DNA of 64,000 nucleotides from an uncultured Gemmatimonadales bacterium (GCA_963795085.1 CAWCFX010000004.1:128001-192000); one strand, 5' to 3'; shown: positions 17,197-26,521, counted from the stretch's first letter. A program made the numbers and translations. Notes: generated from the sequence alone by a model not told the origin.

Positions 17197-17737
17197 AAAG
17201 ACTCTCCCGCGCCGGCTCGGCGTGCTCTCCCCGCATCCGGGCAGCGGCCAGCTCGATGGCTTCGTAGATCTTGATGTAGCCGGTGCAGCGGCAGAGGTTG
17301 CCCGCGAGGGCGTGCTTGATCTCGCCGCGCGATGGCGATCCGTTCTCCGCCAACAGGGACTGGGCCGCGAGGAGAACGCCGGGCGTGCAGTACCCGCACT
17401 GGGCGGCACCCACTTCGACGAACGCCTCCTGCAGCGGGTGCAGGACCGGACCGTCACTCATCCCCTCGACCGTCAGCACGGGTCGCTGCTGGCAGGCCTG
17501 GGCAAGCACGAGGCAGGAAAGCTGGGGCTCCCCATCGATCAGCACGGTGCAGGTGCCGCACTCGCCCAGTTCGCAACCGTGCTTGGTACCGGTCAAGGCC
17601 AGGTCCTCGCGCAATACCTCCAGCAGCGTCTTGTGGCCGGCAAAGTAGATATCGTGCCGCTCTCCGTTCACGACAAACGTGCCGTGCACCTTGGATGCGA
17701 CACCCTGCAGAGACACCGGAGCGGTCATGGTTACCAT
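17186..17737 (-). CDS. Molybdoenzyme 2x[2Fe-2S] subunit (HcrC-like)
   Basis: GTKHGCELGECGTCTV, QCGYCTPG, GNLCRCTGY. Confidence 0.93.
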   Translation of the reverse strand: MVTMTAPVSLQGVASKVHGTFVVNGERHDIYFAGHKTLLEVLREDLALTGTKHGCELGECGTCTVLIDGEPQLSCLVLAQACQQRPVLTVEGMSDGPVLHPLQEAFVEVGAAQCGYCTPGVLLAAQSLLAENGSPSRGEIKHALAGNLCRCTGYIKIYEAIELAAARMRGEHAEPARESLYGY

Positions 17738-17788
17738 GCCTTTGAGGTCTCATCAACAATGCCGGGATCCGCCGGGTAGGGCGTCCCG

Positions 17789-18109
17789 CTACAGCGGCTT
17801 GAGCTTTGCCAGCACTTCGGTGACGACGCTGGCCGGAGCGCGGGCGATGAACTCGGCGGCGCGGGCCTTCCAGTCGGCGCTTCGGAGATGATCGGCCAGC
17901 ACCACCCCCTGGATCGGCATTCCATCAGGGAGCAGCACCTCGAATGGGTAGCCCTTGGGGCGGGACGCGACGGCGCACATCAGCGCCAGCCCGGACCGCT
18001 CATTATAGCGGGCCGGCGACACCACCAGCGCCAGTCTCCGGCCGGCGCCTCCTTCCCGTCGCGACGCCACCGAGATCCACACCAGGTCCCCCCGATCCGG
18101 TGCTACCAC
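17789..18109 (-). CDS. mazF: MazF/PemK-family toxin (divergent catalytic loop)
   Basis: PDRGDLVW, ALVVSPARYN, KGYPFEV, GVVLADHLRSADWKAR; GTG start overlaps the antitoxin stop. Confidence 0.82.
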   Translation of the reverse strand: MVAPDRGDLVWISVASRREGGAGRRLALVVSPARYNERSGLALMCAVASRPKGYPFEVLLPDGMPIQGVVLADHLRSADWKARAAEFIARAPASVVTEVLAKLKPL

Positions 18110-18342
18110 ACTTCGGACCCCTGGGGGTCGCCCCAATCGGTCTCCGTGTGCCGGTTGTCCGCCGTAATGCCCTCTACGAGGTCATCCAGCACGTAGTCGC
18201 TCGACACTGGCGTGATGATGATTGATCCATCTCGCACAGTGATTTCCACGGAGGAACCGTCCGCCAGCGACGTTTCATCGCTGAAGAGTTTGGGGATGCG
18301 AACTGCTAAGCTGTTGCCCCATTTAGAAATACGAGTTTTCAT
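18103..18342 (-). CDS. mazE: AbrB/MazE-family antitoxin
   Basis: MKTRISKWGNSLAVRIPK...LDDLVEGITADNRHTETDWGDPQGSEVW. Confidence 0.92.
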   Translation of the reverse strand: MKTRISKWGNSLAVRIPKLFSDETSLADGSSVEITVRDGSIIITPVSSDYVLDDLVEGITADNRHTETDWGDPQGSEVW

Positions 18343-18353
18343 CGCTTGGTTCC

Positions 18354-18378
18354 GAAGTATATACATTGAGTATACTCC
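18354..18378 (-). promoter_or_regulatory. mazEF promoter/operator palindromes
   Basis: GTATATAC (18357-18364) and GAGTATACTC (18368-18377) palindromes inside a larger imperfect inverted repeat; contains TATACT -10-like hexamers. Confidence 0.6.
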
Positions 18379-18423
18379 AGGACCTCCCGCGACGCCAGAC
18401 CATGCACCTGTCGATCCCCCTCG

Positions 18424-18432
18424 TGTTATGAT
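18424..18432 (+). promoter_or_regulatory. Extended -10 promoter giving a leaderless start at 18439
   Basis: TG-t-TATGAT followed by 6 nt then ATG; no SD sequence. Confidence 0.6.
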
Positions 18433-18438
18433 TGAAGT

Positions 18439-18786
18439 ATGGCTCGATCCTGTATCCGGCGGCTTAATGCGGTGGTGCTGGCGGTGGGCTTTCTCTGCGC
18501 CGCCATCGTGCTGCCCGATCTTGACGCGGTTCTGTTCCACGGACTCGCCGCCCAGGATACCTCCCGCCCACATATCGAGGCCGCGGGGAACGGCGACTGC
18601 CATGGGGAGAGTTGCGTGCTCGGCGCGGCATCTCCCCAGAGCCAGTCCTTGGGAGATTATGCCCCTGCTCCCGTCCGTCTGCCCCGTGCCGCCACGCTGG
18701 AGCTGCCTTCCCCTTCGCAGATTTCGGATCGGACTCCCCACCTCTTACGCCAGTCTCGCGCCCCTCCCGTTTCTTTCGTACTGTGA
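18439..18786 (+). CDS. DUF2946/CruR-like leader protein with His/Cys motif and C-terminal RAPP arrest-like motif
   Basis: N-terminal TM, H-I-E-x6-C-H-x3-C, Pro-rich linker, SRAPP five codons before the stop; directly upstream of a metal-uptake operon. Confidence 0.65.
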   Translation: MARSCIRRLNAVVLAVGFLCAAIVLPDLDAVLFHGLAAQDTSRPHIEAAGNGDCHGESCVLGAASPQSQSLGDYAPAPVRLPRAATLELPSPSQISDRTPHLLRQSRAPPVSFVL

Positions 18787-18864
18787 CCTGAATGCCGCCT
18801 CGGCGGCTTTGACGCGCCTGCGATTGGCGCCCAAACCGGATCCGGATAACGGAGGAGATCGACC

Positions 18865-20310
18865 GTGAGATTCGCGGTACGCTGTCACATATGGCCCCTG
18901 GTCCTGACGCTGCTCATCCTCTCCAGGCCGGCATTCGGGCAGGAGCCGGCGGTTGACTCCATCCGCCTTTCGCTCAGCCGCCTGGCGCTTCGGATGGATT
19001 CGCTCCAGGCGGGCACTTGTCCCCGGGGCGACCTTCCGCCCCTCCCCAAGGGGGGGACGGGGAACTCGTCGGTGGACTCGCTCGAGTCCGCACTGGCACG
19101 TCTGGCAGAACGCGTGCACCTCCTCACGCTGGCGCACTGCGCGGAGCGGGATGAAACGGCGCAGCAGAGTCGGGCCGCTGATCCGCCGGGACGCGCGGCG
19201 GCGGCCTATATGAACATCGGATTCGACGCCCTGACGGATTTCGGCTGGTCCAGCGAGTCCGATGTCCGGTCGCTTCAGCGGGGGGACCATGACCCCCAGG
19301 TCCGCGGTTTCACCGTCCCTAATGCGGAATTCACGCTCGATGGCGCGGTGGATCCCTACTTCAAGGGGTTTGCGAACCTGGTCTACAAACTGGATGCGGA
19401 GGGAGAAACCGGGGTCGAACTGGAAGAGGTGTACATCCTGACTACATCTCTTCCCTGGAATCTCCAGGCAAAGGCCGGCCAGTTCTTCGCCGAGTTCGGG
19501 CGCCAGAACCCGCAGCACCCGCACAGCTGGGCGTTTGTCGACCAGCCGCTGGTTCTCAACCGTATCCTTGGCCCGGAAGGACTGCGGAGCCAGGGAGCCC
19601 GGCTTTCGTGGCTGCCGCCGACCCCGTGGTACAGCGAAGTCATGGTCAGCGTCATGAACAGTGCCGGCGGTACGGCCTTCAGCTTTCGCTCCGGGGAGTC
19701 GTCCGAAATCCACGGAGGCGAGCCCGCCGCCCGCGGCGTGCGTTCCGCCGGCGACTTCCTCATCGTTCCCCGCGTCTCCGCGTCGGTGGACCTGAGCGCC
19801 ACCCAGACCTTGCTCTTCGGCATCTCCGGGGCCTTTGGTCCCAACAATTCCGGATCGGAGGCCAGGACCCGGGTTGCCGGAGCCGACCTGTTCTGGAAGT
19901 GGAAATCCGCCACCGCAATGCAGGGCTTTCCGTTCGTCTCGTTTCAGGCCGAGGGCCTGCTCCGGAAGTATGACGCCGCCCGCCGGTTGTCCGCGGAGAA
20001 TCCCTCGGTATTTCTGCCGGACGAGAGCCTGACCGACCAGGGAGGCTATGCCCAATTGCTTTGGGGAATCAAGCCGCGCTGGGTGGCGGGGCTCCGAGGC
20101 GAAACGGCGGACGGCAACAGCGCGTCATTTGACTCCGAGCTGCGAGCCCGCCGCCTTCGGGTGTCCCCCAACCTCACCTGGTATCCCAGCGAGTTTTCCA
20201 AGCTGCGGCTGCAATACAATTACGATGACCGGGAAGGGACCGGTTCCGACCATTCGCTGTGGGTGCAGTTCGAATTCATGATCGGCGCACACTCGGCACA
20301 CAAATTCTAG
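18865..20310 (+). CDS. Outer-membrane beta-barrel/porin-like protein of a metal-uptake locus
   Basis: GGAGGAG RBS, signal peptide AFG-Q, amphipathic strands, QNPQHPHSW, His-rich C-terminus GAHSAHKF. Confidence 0.72.
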   Translation: MRFAVRCHIWPLVLTLLILSRPAFGQEPAVDSIRLSLSRLALRMDSLQAGTCPRGDLPPLPKGGTGNSSVDSLESALARLAERVHLLTLAHCAERDETAQQSRAADPPGRAAAAYMNIGFDALTDFGWSSESDVRSLQRGDHDPQVRGFTVPNAEFTLDGAVDPYFKGFANLVYKLDAEGETGVELEEVYILTTSLPWNLQAKAGQFFAEFGRQNPQHPHSWAFVDQPLVLNRILGPEGLRSQGARLSWLPPTPWYSEVMVSVMNSAGGTAFSFRSGESSEIHGGEPAARGVRSAGDFLIVPRVSASVDLSATQTLLFGISGAFGPNNSGSEARTRVAGADLFWKWKSATAMQGFPFVSFQAEGLLRKYDAARRLSAENPSVFLPDESLTDQGGYAQLLWGIKPRWVAGLRGETADGNSASFDSELRARRLRVSPNLTWYPSEFSKLRLQYNYDDREGTGSDHSLWVQFEFMIGAHSAHKF

Positions 20311-20324
20311 AGGGACGATCGACC

Positions 20325-21251
20325 ATGCAGATCCTGTACGCAGTCAAGATCGCCGCCGCTGCCCTCCTCGGGCTGGCGAGCACCAGCGCGCCGTCCATCA
20401 AGAAACTGAAGGTGGTCGCCACCACTCCGGACCTGGCCGCGCTGGCCCGGGAGATCGGCGGGGACGCAGTCGACGTCATGGCGCTGGCCAAGGCGACGGA
20501 AGACCCGCATTTCGTGGATGCCAGGCCCAGCTACCTGGTCGCGCTCAACCGGGCCGATGTCCTGATCGAAGGCGGCGCCGAACTGGAACTGGGCTGGCTC
20601 CCGCCGCTGCTGGACAATGCCCGCAATGCGAAGATCGCCGCAGGTGCGCCGGGCCGCATCGTGGCGTCCCAAGGCATCCGTCTGCTGGAGATTCCGACTT
20701 CCTTCGATCGCTCCCGCGGCGACGTTCACGCCCTGGGGAACCCGCATTTTCTGATGGATCCGGTCAACGTAAAGGTCGCGGCGGCCAGCATCGCCGAGCA
20801 CCTGGCCCGGGCCGATCCCGCCTTGGCGGCGACCTTCCGGGCCAACCTGGCAGCGTTTAACCGGACGCTGGACGCCAAGCTGGCCGAGTGGACCCGGCAG
20901 CTCCAGCCCTACGCGGGCGCCAGGATCGTGACGTATCACCGGGATTTCGCTTACCTGGCCGAACGGTTCAAGCTCGAGATTGTGGAGACGCTGGAATCCA
21001 AGCCCGGCATCGCCCCCTCCCCGGCCCACCTTGCCGCGGTCATCAGCGCCATGCGGGCGCAGCACGCCGGAGTAATCATCGTCCAGCCCTTTCAGAATAG
21101 ACGAACCGCGGAAACGGTCGCCCGGCAAACCAACGCGGTGGTGCTGGACATTTCCCAGCAGCCGGGAGCCATCCCCGGCACCGACACATATTTCGCGATG
21201 ATGGACTACATGGTGCGCACCCTTGCCGCCGCGCTGGAGAAGGCCCGATGA
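20325..21251 (+). CDS. Zn/Mn ABC-type substrate-binding protein (ZnuA/TroA family)
   Basis: KVVATT, EDPHFV, GDVHALGNPHF, YHRDF, ESKPGIAPSPAHL. Confidence 0.9.
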   Translation: MQILYAVKIAAAALLGLASTSAPSIKKLKVVATTPDLAALAREIGGDAVDVMALAKATEDPHFVDARPSYLVALNRADVLIEGGAELELGWLPPLLDNARNAKIAAGAPGRIVASQGIRLLEIPTSFDRSRGDVHALGNPHFLMDPVNVKVAAASIAEHLARADPALAATFRANLAAFNRTLDAKLAEWTRQLQPYAGARIVTYHRDFAYLAERFKLEIVETLESKPGIAPSPAHLAAVISAMRAQHAGVIIVQPFQNRRTAETVARQTNAVVLDISQQPGAIPGTDTYFAMMDYMVRTLAAALEKAR

Positions 21252-22093
21252 TCTCCGTGGATTTTCAGGTCGTGTGGCAAATCATGAGATGGCCGCTGGC
21301 AGCATGCCTGGTGCTGCCGCCGTTGCTGGTGTACCTGGGGCTCCATGTCGTCAGGCGCGAGGTCATCTTCGTGGACCTTGCCCTCGCCCAGGTGGCAACG
21401 CTGGGTACCACGATCGCGCTGCTGGCGGGGTATCATTTCGACGACCGGATGACCTTCTGGATTTCCCTGGGCGTCACCTTTCTCGGCGCCGCGTTCTTCA
21501 GCTGGTCTCGCGGCAGTCGCAAGCATCATGTGCCGCAGGAAGCGATCATCGGGATCACCTTCGTCGTTGCCGCAGCCGGCGTCATCCTGCTGCTGAGCCG
21601 CGTGGCTGGTGGCAAGGAAGAACTCGAGCACATGCTGACTGGAGATATTCTGAATGTCACCGGCGGGGAGGTGCTTCAGCGGGCGGGCGTCTTCGCCGCC
21701 CTGTCCTTGTTTTACGGAGCCTTCCACCGAAACTTTGCGCTGATTTCGGCTGATCCGGAGCAGGCCGAGGCCCAGGGAATCCGGGTCCGGCTATGGGACT
21801 TTCTGTTCTACGCGGCGTTTGCCCTGGTGGTCGTCAGCTTCGTGCGGATAGCCGGTGTGCTCCTCACATTTGCCTACCTGATCGTGCCTGCCGTCTGCGG
21901 TGTCATGCTGGCCCGGACCTGGCTAGGGCGGTTGCTGGTCGGGTGGGCCGTGGCCGCGAGCGCCAGCCTGATCGGCCTCTGGGCCTCGTATGCGCTGGAC
22001 CTCCCGACCGGTGCCGCCGTGGTCGTGGCCTGCGGCCTGCTGCTGGCCCTGGTGACCCTGGGGGCCATGGCTCAGAAACGCGGTAGCACCTGA
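21248..22093 (+). CDS. Metal ABC permease (ABC-3/ZnuB family)
   Basis: Multi-TM; GLHVVRREVIFVDLALAQ, EAIIG, GVLLTFAYLIVPA, DLPTGA; ATGA overlap with the binding-protein gene. Confidence 0.88.
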   Translation: MISVDFQVVWQIMRWPLAACLVLPPLLVYLGLHVVRREVIFVDLALAQVATLGTTIALLAGYHFDDRMTFWISLGVTFLGAAFFSWSRGSRKHHVPQEAIIGITFVVAAAGVILLLSRVAGGKEELEHMLTGDILNVTGGEVLQRAGVFAALSLFYGAFHRNFALISADPEQAEAQGIRVRLWDFLFYAAFALVVVSFVRIAGVLLTFAYLIVPAVCGVMLARTWLGRLLVGWAVAASASLIGLWASYALDLPTGAAVVVACGLLLALVTLGAMAQKRGST

Positions 22094-22120
22094 GGATTCA
22101 CAGCAGATGAAAGTGTTCCA

Positions 22121-22382
22121 GGATGGAGGGAAGCCGAAATGGCCGGTCGAAACCGGCCGGCCACCGCTCCGTCAGGTTCAGGAAACCCGGCGGATATGGC
22201 AGCCCAGCCCACCCCCGTGATAGTGTGCTCCTGATTGGAACCTCGACTCGCCGTCCGGAGGGACCCGGTCCAACGGATCTCGAGGTCATGTTTCCTTGCC
22301 ATGCCCGCGGGCAGACCCACCGCCGTTGGGCTCCGGGGCAACCAGCGGGCCTGATGGATTTGCCTCGGTTTACCCCCGTTCC
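22121..22382 (+). ncRNA. Candidate structured RNA of unknown class
   Basis: 346-bp gap with no credible ORF; nested long-range helices with several G-U pairs on the + strand (see findings). Confidence 0.4.
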
Positions 22383-22439
22383 ACTCGCTGCCGCTCTGGC
22401 CGTCACTCAACGGCCCTGAACGGCCTCCAAGGAGCCACG

Positions 22440-23801
22440 ATGCCCAGCCGCAATACTACCTGCATCATCCTCGCCACCTTCGTCGCGATTTCAACTCCGG
22501 CTGTGGGACAGGAGAACGACGGGACCGTCGCATTCGTCCACGTGAACGTAATTCCCATGGACCGGGACCGGGTGATCGCGGATCAGACGGTGCTGGTGCG
22601 GGGCGGACGCATCCTGCAGATGGGCCCTGCGGGATCCCTCACCGTGCCCAGCCAGGCGAACCGCATCGAAGCACGGGGAAAGTATCTCATACCCGGGCTC
22701 GCCGAGATGCACGGGCACATACCGGGCGGCAACGCGCCGCCGGAAGTCATGGACCGGGTACTGACGCTGTACGTTCTGAACGGGATTACGACGGTCCGCG
22801 GGATGCTGGGGCAGCCGGTGCATCTGGACCTGCGCGCCCGGGCTGCCCGCAACGAGGTTCTGGCTCCTACCATCTACACCAGCGGGCCGTCGTTCAACGG
22901 AAACTCGGTGGGATCGCCCGCGGCGGCTCGCCAGATGGTTCTGGATCAGAAAGCCGCCGGCTATGACCTGCTAAAGATTCACCCCGGCGTTCCGCGGGAA
23001 GCCTTCGACACCCTGGCGGCCACCGCCCAGCGGGTGGGAATTTCCTTTGCGGGACATGTCCCCCTTGCGGTCGGCATCGAACGCGCTCTCGAGGCGCGCT
23101 TCGCCAGCATTGACCACCTCGATGGGTATGTGGAATACCTGGTGGCACCCGGAGCGCCGGTGGGCGCTTCGCAGTCCCAGTTCTTCGGAATCAACCTGGC
23201 CGATCACCTTGACCTAACACGGCTGCCGATCATCGTCGCCCGCACGGTTGACGCCCGGGTGTGGAACGTCCCCACCCAGGTGCTCATGGACAACCTGGCC
23301 GGGCCCGAGTCCGCGGAAGGCCTGGCCGCCCGCCCGGAAATGCAGTACTGGTACCCCAATCAGATCGAACAATGGAAGAACACCAAGCGGGAGTTCGACC
23401 AGCAGCCAGCGGGGAGCCGACTCCTCTGGCTCTCCACGCGCCGCCAGCTGATCAAGGATCTTCAGGACGCTGGAGCCGGCCTGCTCCTCGGCTCGGATGC
23501 GCCGCAGATGTGGAACGTGCCTGGTTTTTCAACCCACCGGGAGCTGGAATCCCTGGTCGCCGCCGGACTGACGCCCTACCAGGCGTTGCGAACCGGCACC
23601 GTGAACGTGGCGAACTATTTCGGAACTTCGAACGGCTCAGGAACCATCGAGGCAGGGAAAGTGGCCGACCTGGTCCTGCTTGAGGCCAACCCGCTGGCGG
23701 ACATCACCAGCACCCAGCAGATCGCCGGGGTGATGCTTCGGGGGCGGTGGATTCCGGCGAGCGAGATCGCCAGCCGCCTGGGCGCTTACCGCGCCAACTG
23801 A
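22440..23801 (+). CDS. Secreted amidohydrolase-family protein
   Basis: AAGGAG RBS, signal peptide, PGLAEMHGH, GITTVR, GSDAP, GTIEAGKVADLVLL. Confidence 0.88.
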   Translation: MPSRNTTCIILATFVAISTPAVGQENDGTVAFVHVNVIPMDRDRVIADQTVLVRGGRILQMGPAGSLTVPSQANRIEARGKYLIPGLAEMHGHIPGGNAPPEVMDRVLTLYVLNGITTVRGMLGQPVHLDLRARAARNEVLAPTIYTSGPSFNGNSVGSPAAARQMVLDQKAAGYDLLKIHPGVPREAFDTLAATAQRVGISFAGHVPLAVGIERALEARFASIDHLDGYVEYLVAPGAPVGASQSQFFGINLADHLDLTRLPIIVARTVDARVWNVPTQVLMDNLAGPESAEGLAARPEMQYWYPNQIEQWKNTKREFDQQPAGSRLLWLSTRRQLIKDLQDAGAGLLLGSDAPQMWNVPGFSTHRELESLVAAGLTPYQALRTGTVNVANYFGTSNGSGTIEAGKVADLVLLEANPLADITSTQQIAGVMLRGRWIPASEIASRLGAYRAN

Positions 23802-25351
23802 TCGGGCCCGGGGACGGGCACCGGGAACGAGCCGGTCGGGGTCGCCGTGGCGACACGTTCCATGTCGGCGACGATGGTGCGGGTGGCACCCAGGATGACG
23901 AGCCCCCCGGCTATCGCAACCACGGGCAACAGGAGAATGGCCCGGTCGAGTCCGAAGATATCGGACAGGGTTCCGATCAGGGGCAGCGCGATCGCATCGC
24001 CCGCGAGGTGGATAAAAAGGAGGTAGGCCCCGATTACGGTGGCGCTGATGCGGGGCGGCACCACATCGAAGGTGACGGCAGCGATAGGACCGTTGTACCA
24101 GGAAAGGCAGAAAAAGGTGGCGCAGGCAACCGGGATGAACAGGTCCAGGTCGCGAATGGTCAGCAGCCAGATCGCCAGGGGGCCGCCCAGCAGGAATCCC
24201 AACGCCACCGTCAGTACCCGCCCAGACCTGGTATATCGCCGGAGCCAGTCCGCCAGCAGCCCGCCGAAGAGGGTCCCCGTGGTGCCGAAGATGAACCCCC
24301 ACTTGCCCAGGATCCGCGCCGCCTCGCCGGGCGACAGATTGAGCTCCCGGGCCAGGAAGGTCGGTCCCCAGCCGACGATACCGTTGACGCCGAAGGAAAT
24401 GAGCGCGCCGCCCAGGAAAATGTAGACAAGCGTCGGCGTCCGCAGCACGGTCTTGACCGCCCGCATGATATCCCCGAAGGCTCCCGCGATCCCGCCCCCG
24501 AAGGGTGTGTCGGCCAGGTGGTCCGCCCGGACGCGGTGGACCCAGCGGTGAATGTTGAGGGCGAGGCCCAGGGCCACGAAGACGCTGAACGTCGCGATAT
24601 CGATCTTGGAGTCGGCGCCGTAGAACTGGTCCAGTACCAGCGCGAAGGCGCCTCCGAGGGCGACCGCGACCAGCAGGGGCAGGAAGTAGCGAACCACCGA
24701 GATTACTCCCATCTCGATGTCCCGGAGATATTTCCGGATGGATAGCTTGCCCGGCACCCGGACCGGGTCCACCAGCCGGGCGACCAGCACCGCGCAGAGA
24801 AACCCGGGGACGCCGACCGCCATGAACGCGACGCGCCACCCGTAGGCCGCCTCCAGCTTGCCGCCGAGATAGATCCCCAGCACCCCTCCCAGCGAAACGC
24901 CGGATGCCAGCACCCCCATTGCGACGGCCCGCCCCTTCCCCGGGAAATAATCCGCCACCAGCGAGGAGGCCGCCGGGCCGTACGCGGCTTCGCCGATGCC
25001 TACCGCCGCCCGGCACACGAAGAGCTGGCCAAAGCTTCGCACCAGGCCGCTGAAGATCGTAAACGCGCTCCACACGGTGACACCGGCGGCGATCACGGCG
25101 CGCCGGGAGCGCAGGTCACTGATGACCCCAAAGGGCAGCGCCGCCACCGAGAAGACCAGGATGTACGCCGAGCCCAGCCATCCCAGCTGGGCATCGCTCA
25201 GCGCCAGCTCCTGCTTGATGGGCTCGAAGAGCGCGAAGATGACGTTGCGATCGAGGTAATTCAGCAGGTTGATGAATGCGAGCAGGCCGAGCGCATAGAG
25301 GCTGTACGCCCGGCTGGTCCCCGGCGGTCCCGCGGCGGGATCAGCGTCCAC
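23786..25351 (-). CDS. MFS transporter (Spinster-like)
   Basis: [22 protein letters not shown], multiple TMs; GTG start overlaps the upstream stop. Confidence 0.88.
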   Translation of the reverse strand: MDADPAAGPPGTSRAYSLYALGLLAFINLLNYLDRNVIFALFEPIKQELALSDAQLGWLGSAYILVFSVAALPFGVISDLRSRRAVIAAGVTVWSAFTIFSGLVRSFGQLFVCRAAVGIGEAAYGPAASSLVADYFPGKGRAVAMGVLASGVSLGGVLGIYLGGKLEAAYGWRVAFMAVGVPGFLCAVLVARLVDPVRVPGKLSIRKYLRDIEMGVISVVRYFLPLLVAVALGGAFALVLDQFYGADSKIDIATFSVFVALGLALNIHRWVHRVRADHLADTPFGGGIAGAFGDIMRAVKTVLRTPTLVYIFLGGALISFGVNGIVGWGPTFLARELNLSPGEAARILGKWGFIFGTTGTLFGGLLADWLRRYTRSGRVLTVALGFLLGGPLAIWLLTIRDLDLFIPVACATFFCLSWYNGPIAAVTFDVVPPRISATVIGAYLLFIHLAGDAIALPLIGTLSDIFGLDRAILLLPVVAIAGGLVILGATRTIVADMERVATATPTGSFPVPVPGPDQLAR

Positions 25352-26492
25352 CGGCGTCCGCGGTGGTCTCCGCCTCTTCCGCCCGGGCGTCCCGGAACGC
25401 CAGGGCACGGTGATACTCCTGGAGGAGTCGTTCCATCATCGCGTCACGCCGCTCGAAGAGCCGCTTGAGGGGGCGGGCCGGGTGCCGGTTCCGCGCATAG
25501 GCGGTCAGCAGCGGCAGGGTGAGCGTGGAATCGCCGTAGCACACCACCGTGCTGGGCAGCATGCTGGGGTCGATCTTGCCCCAGCTTACCGCCTCGGCCG
25601 GCGTTGCGCCGGATAGCCCCCCGGTGTCGGGCCGGGCATCCGTCAGCTGGAGAAAGAAATCGTGGCCCTTTTCGTCGATACCCAGTACTTCCTGGATCTG
25701 CGGCTCGGTCTGGAGCATGAAGTTCTTGGGGCTGCCGCCGCCGACGATCAGGCACCCGCTCTTCCCGCCGCTCCGCTTGGCCTCCAGCACGATGCTGGCG
25801 GTTTCGTTGACATCGGCACTGACATCGTAGCGAAGCTTGCTCCCGGCCAGGGCCTGCTCGGCCACATTCATGCCGATCGAGCTGTCGCCCGGGGAACTGG
25901 TGTAGATCGGTACCGCCAGCTGGTGCGCCACCGCCAGCACCGACCTGCGGTTCAACCCCAGCGCGTGCTCCCGCTCGGCGATGTAGCCCCCCAGCAGGTA
26001 GTGATACTCCGCGGTGCTCATGGGGCGCTGGAACTCCTCGCGCGCCGATACCTGGCGAATGAATGCATCGGTGGAGAGAAGAACCGAGTAGTCGAAGAAA
26101 ATATCGTAAATCCGTACGACGCCCTTCTCCCTCAGTTCCACGTCGTCCGCGTGGGGCGAGCCCTGGTGCATCGCCAGGCCGAGGCCGAAATGGGCATCGT
26201 GGTAGAGGTTGGCGCCGGTGGAGATGATCCAGTCAACGAACCCCGACTCCATGAGCGGAATGATGGTGCTCATGCCGAGGCCCGCCGGGGTCATGGCGCC
26301 GGTAAGGCTCATTCCCACGGTAACGTCGGGCTCCAGCATCCGCTGGATGAACAAGTGGCAGGCCTCGCGCAGCCGGCCGGCGTTATAGGCCAGGAAGGCG
26401 TTGTCCACCAGGTCGGCCACGGTTTCCTGGCCGGTGATCGCGGCCGGGTCGATCCGGCGGCCACGGAGAAGGTCGGAGGAAGGTCGGGTCAT
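25341..26492 (-). CDS. Deoxyhypusine synthase-like protein (possible homospermidine synthase)
   Basis: [35 protein letters not shown] with the active-site Lys. Confidence 0.9.
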   Translation of the reverse strand: MTRPSSDLLRGRRIDPAAITGQETVADLVDNAFLAYNAGRLREACHLFIQRMLEPDVTVGMSLTGAMTPAGLGMSTIIPLMESGFVDWIISTGANLYHDAHFGLGLAMHQGSPHADDVELREKGVVRIYDIFFDYSVLLSTDAFIRQVSAREEFQRPMSTAEYHYLLGGYIAEREHALGLNRRSVLAVAHQLAVPIYTSSPGDSSIGMNVAEQALAGSKLRYDVSADVNETASIVLEAKRSGGKSGCLIVGGGSPKNFMLQTEPQIQEVLGIDEKGHDFFLQLTDARPDTGGLSGATPAEAVSWGKIDPSMLPSTVVCYGDSTLTLPLLTAYARNRHPARPLKRLFERRDAMMERLLQEYHRALAFRDARAEEAETTADAGGR

Positions 26493-26521
26493 GAGTCTCT
26501 GCCTGTTTCGGGAGCCGCCGC

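Noticed and set aside
14083..17274. 1063-aa + strand ORF
   Set aside because: Antisense shadow of the molybdoenzyme genes, typical of high-GC DNA.
22120..22345. SAM-I-like (GGAGGGA...GGCAACC) and SRP-like (GTCAGG...GCAGC) fragments
   Set aside because: Core elements and spacing are missing, so no family was assigned; the region is kept as an unknown structured candidate.
17789..22400. mazEF plus metal operon as a genomic island
   Set aside because: No integrase, tRNA or flanking direct repeats were found.
22072..22419. Three short overlapping ORFs in the intergenic gap
   Set aside because: No RBS or motifs and they do not look protein-like.
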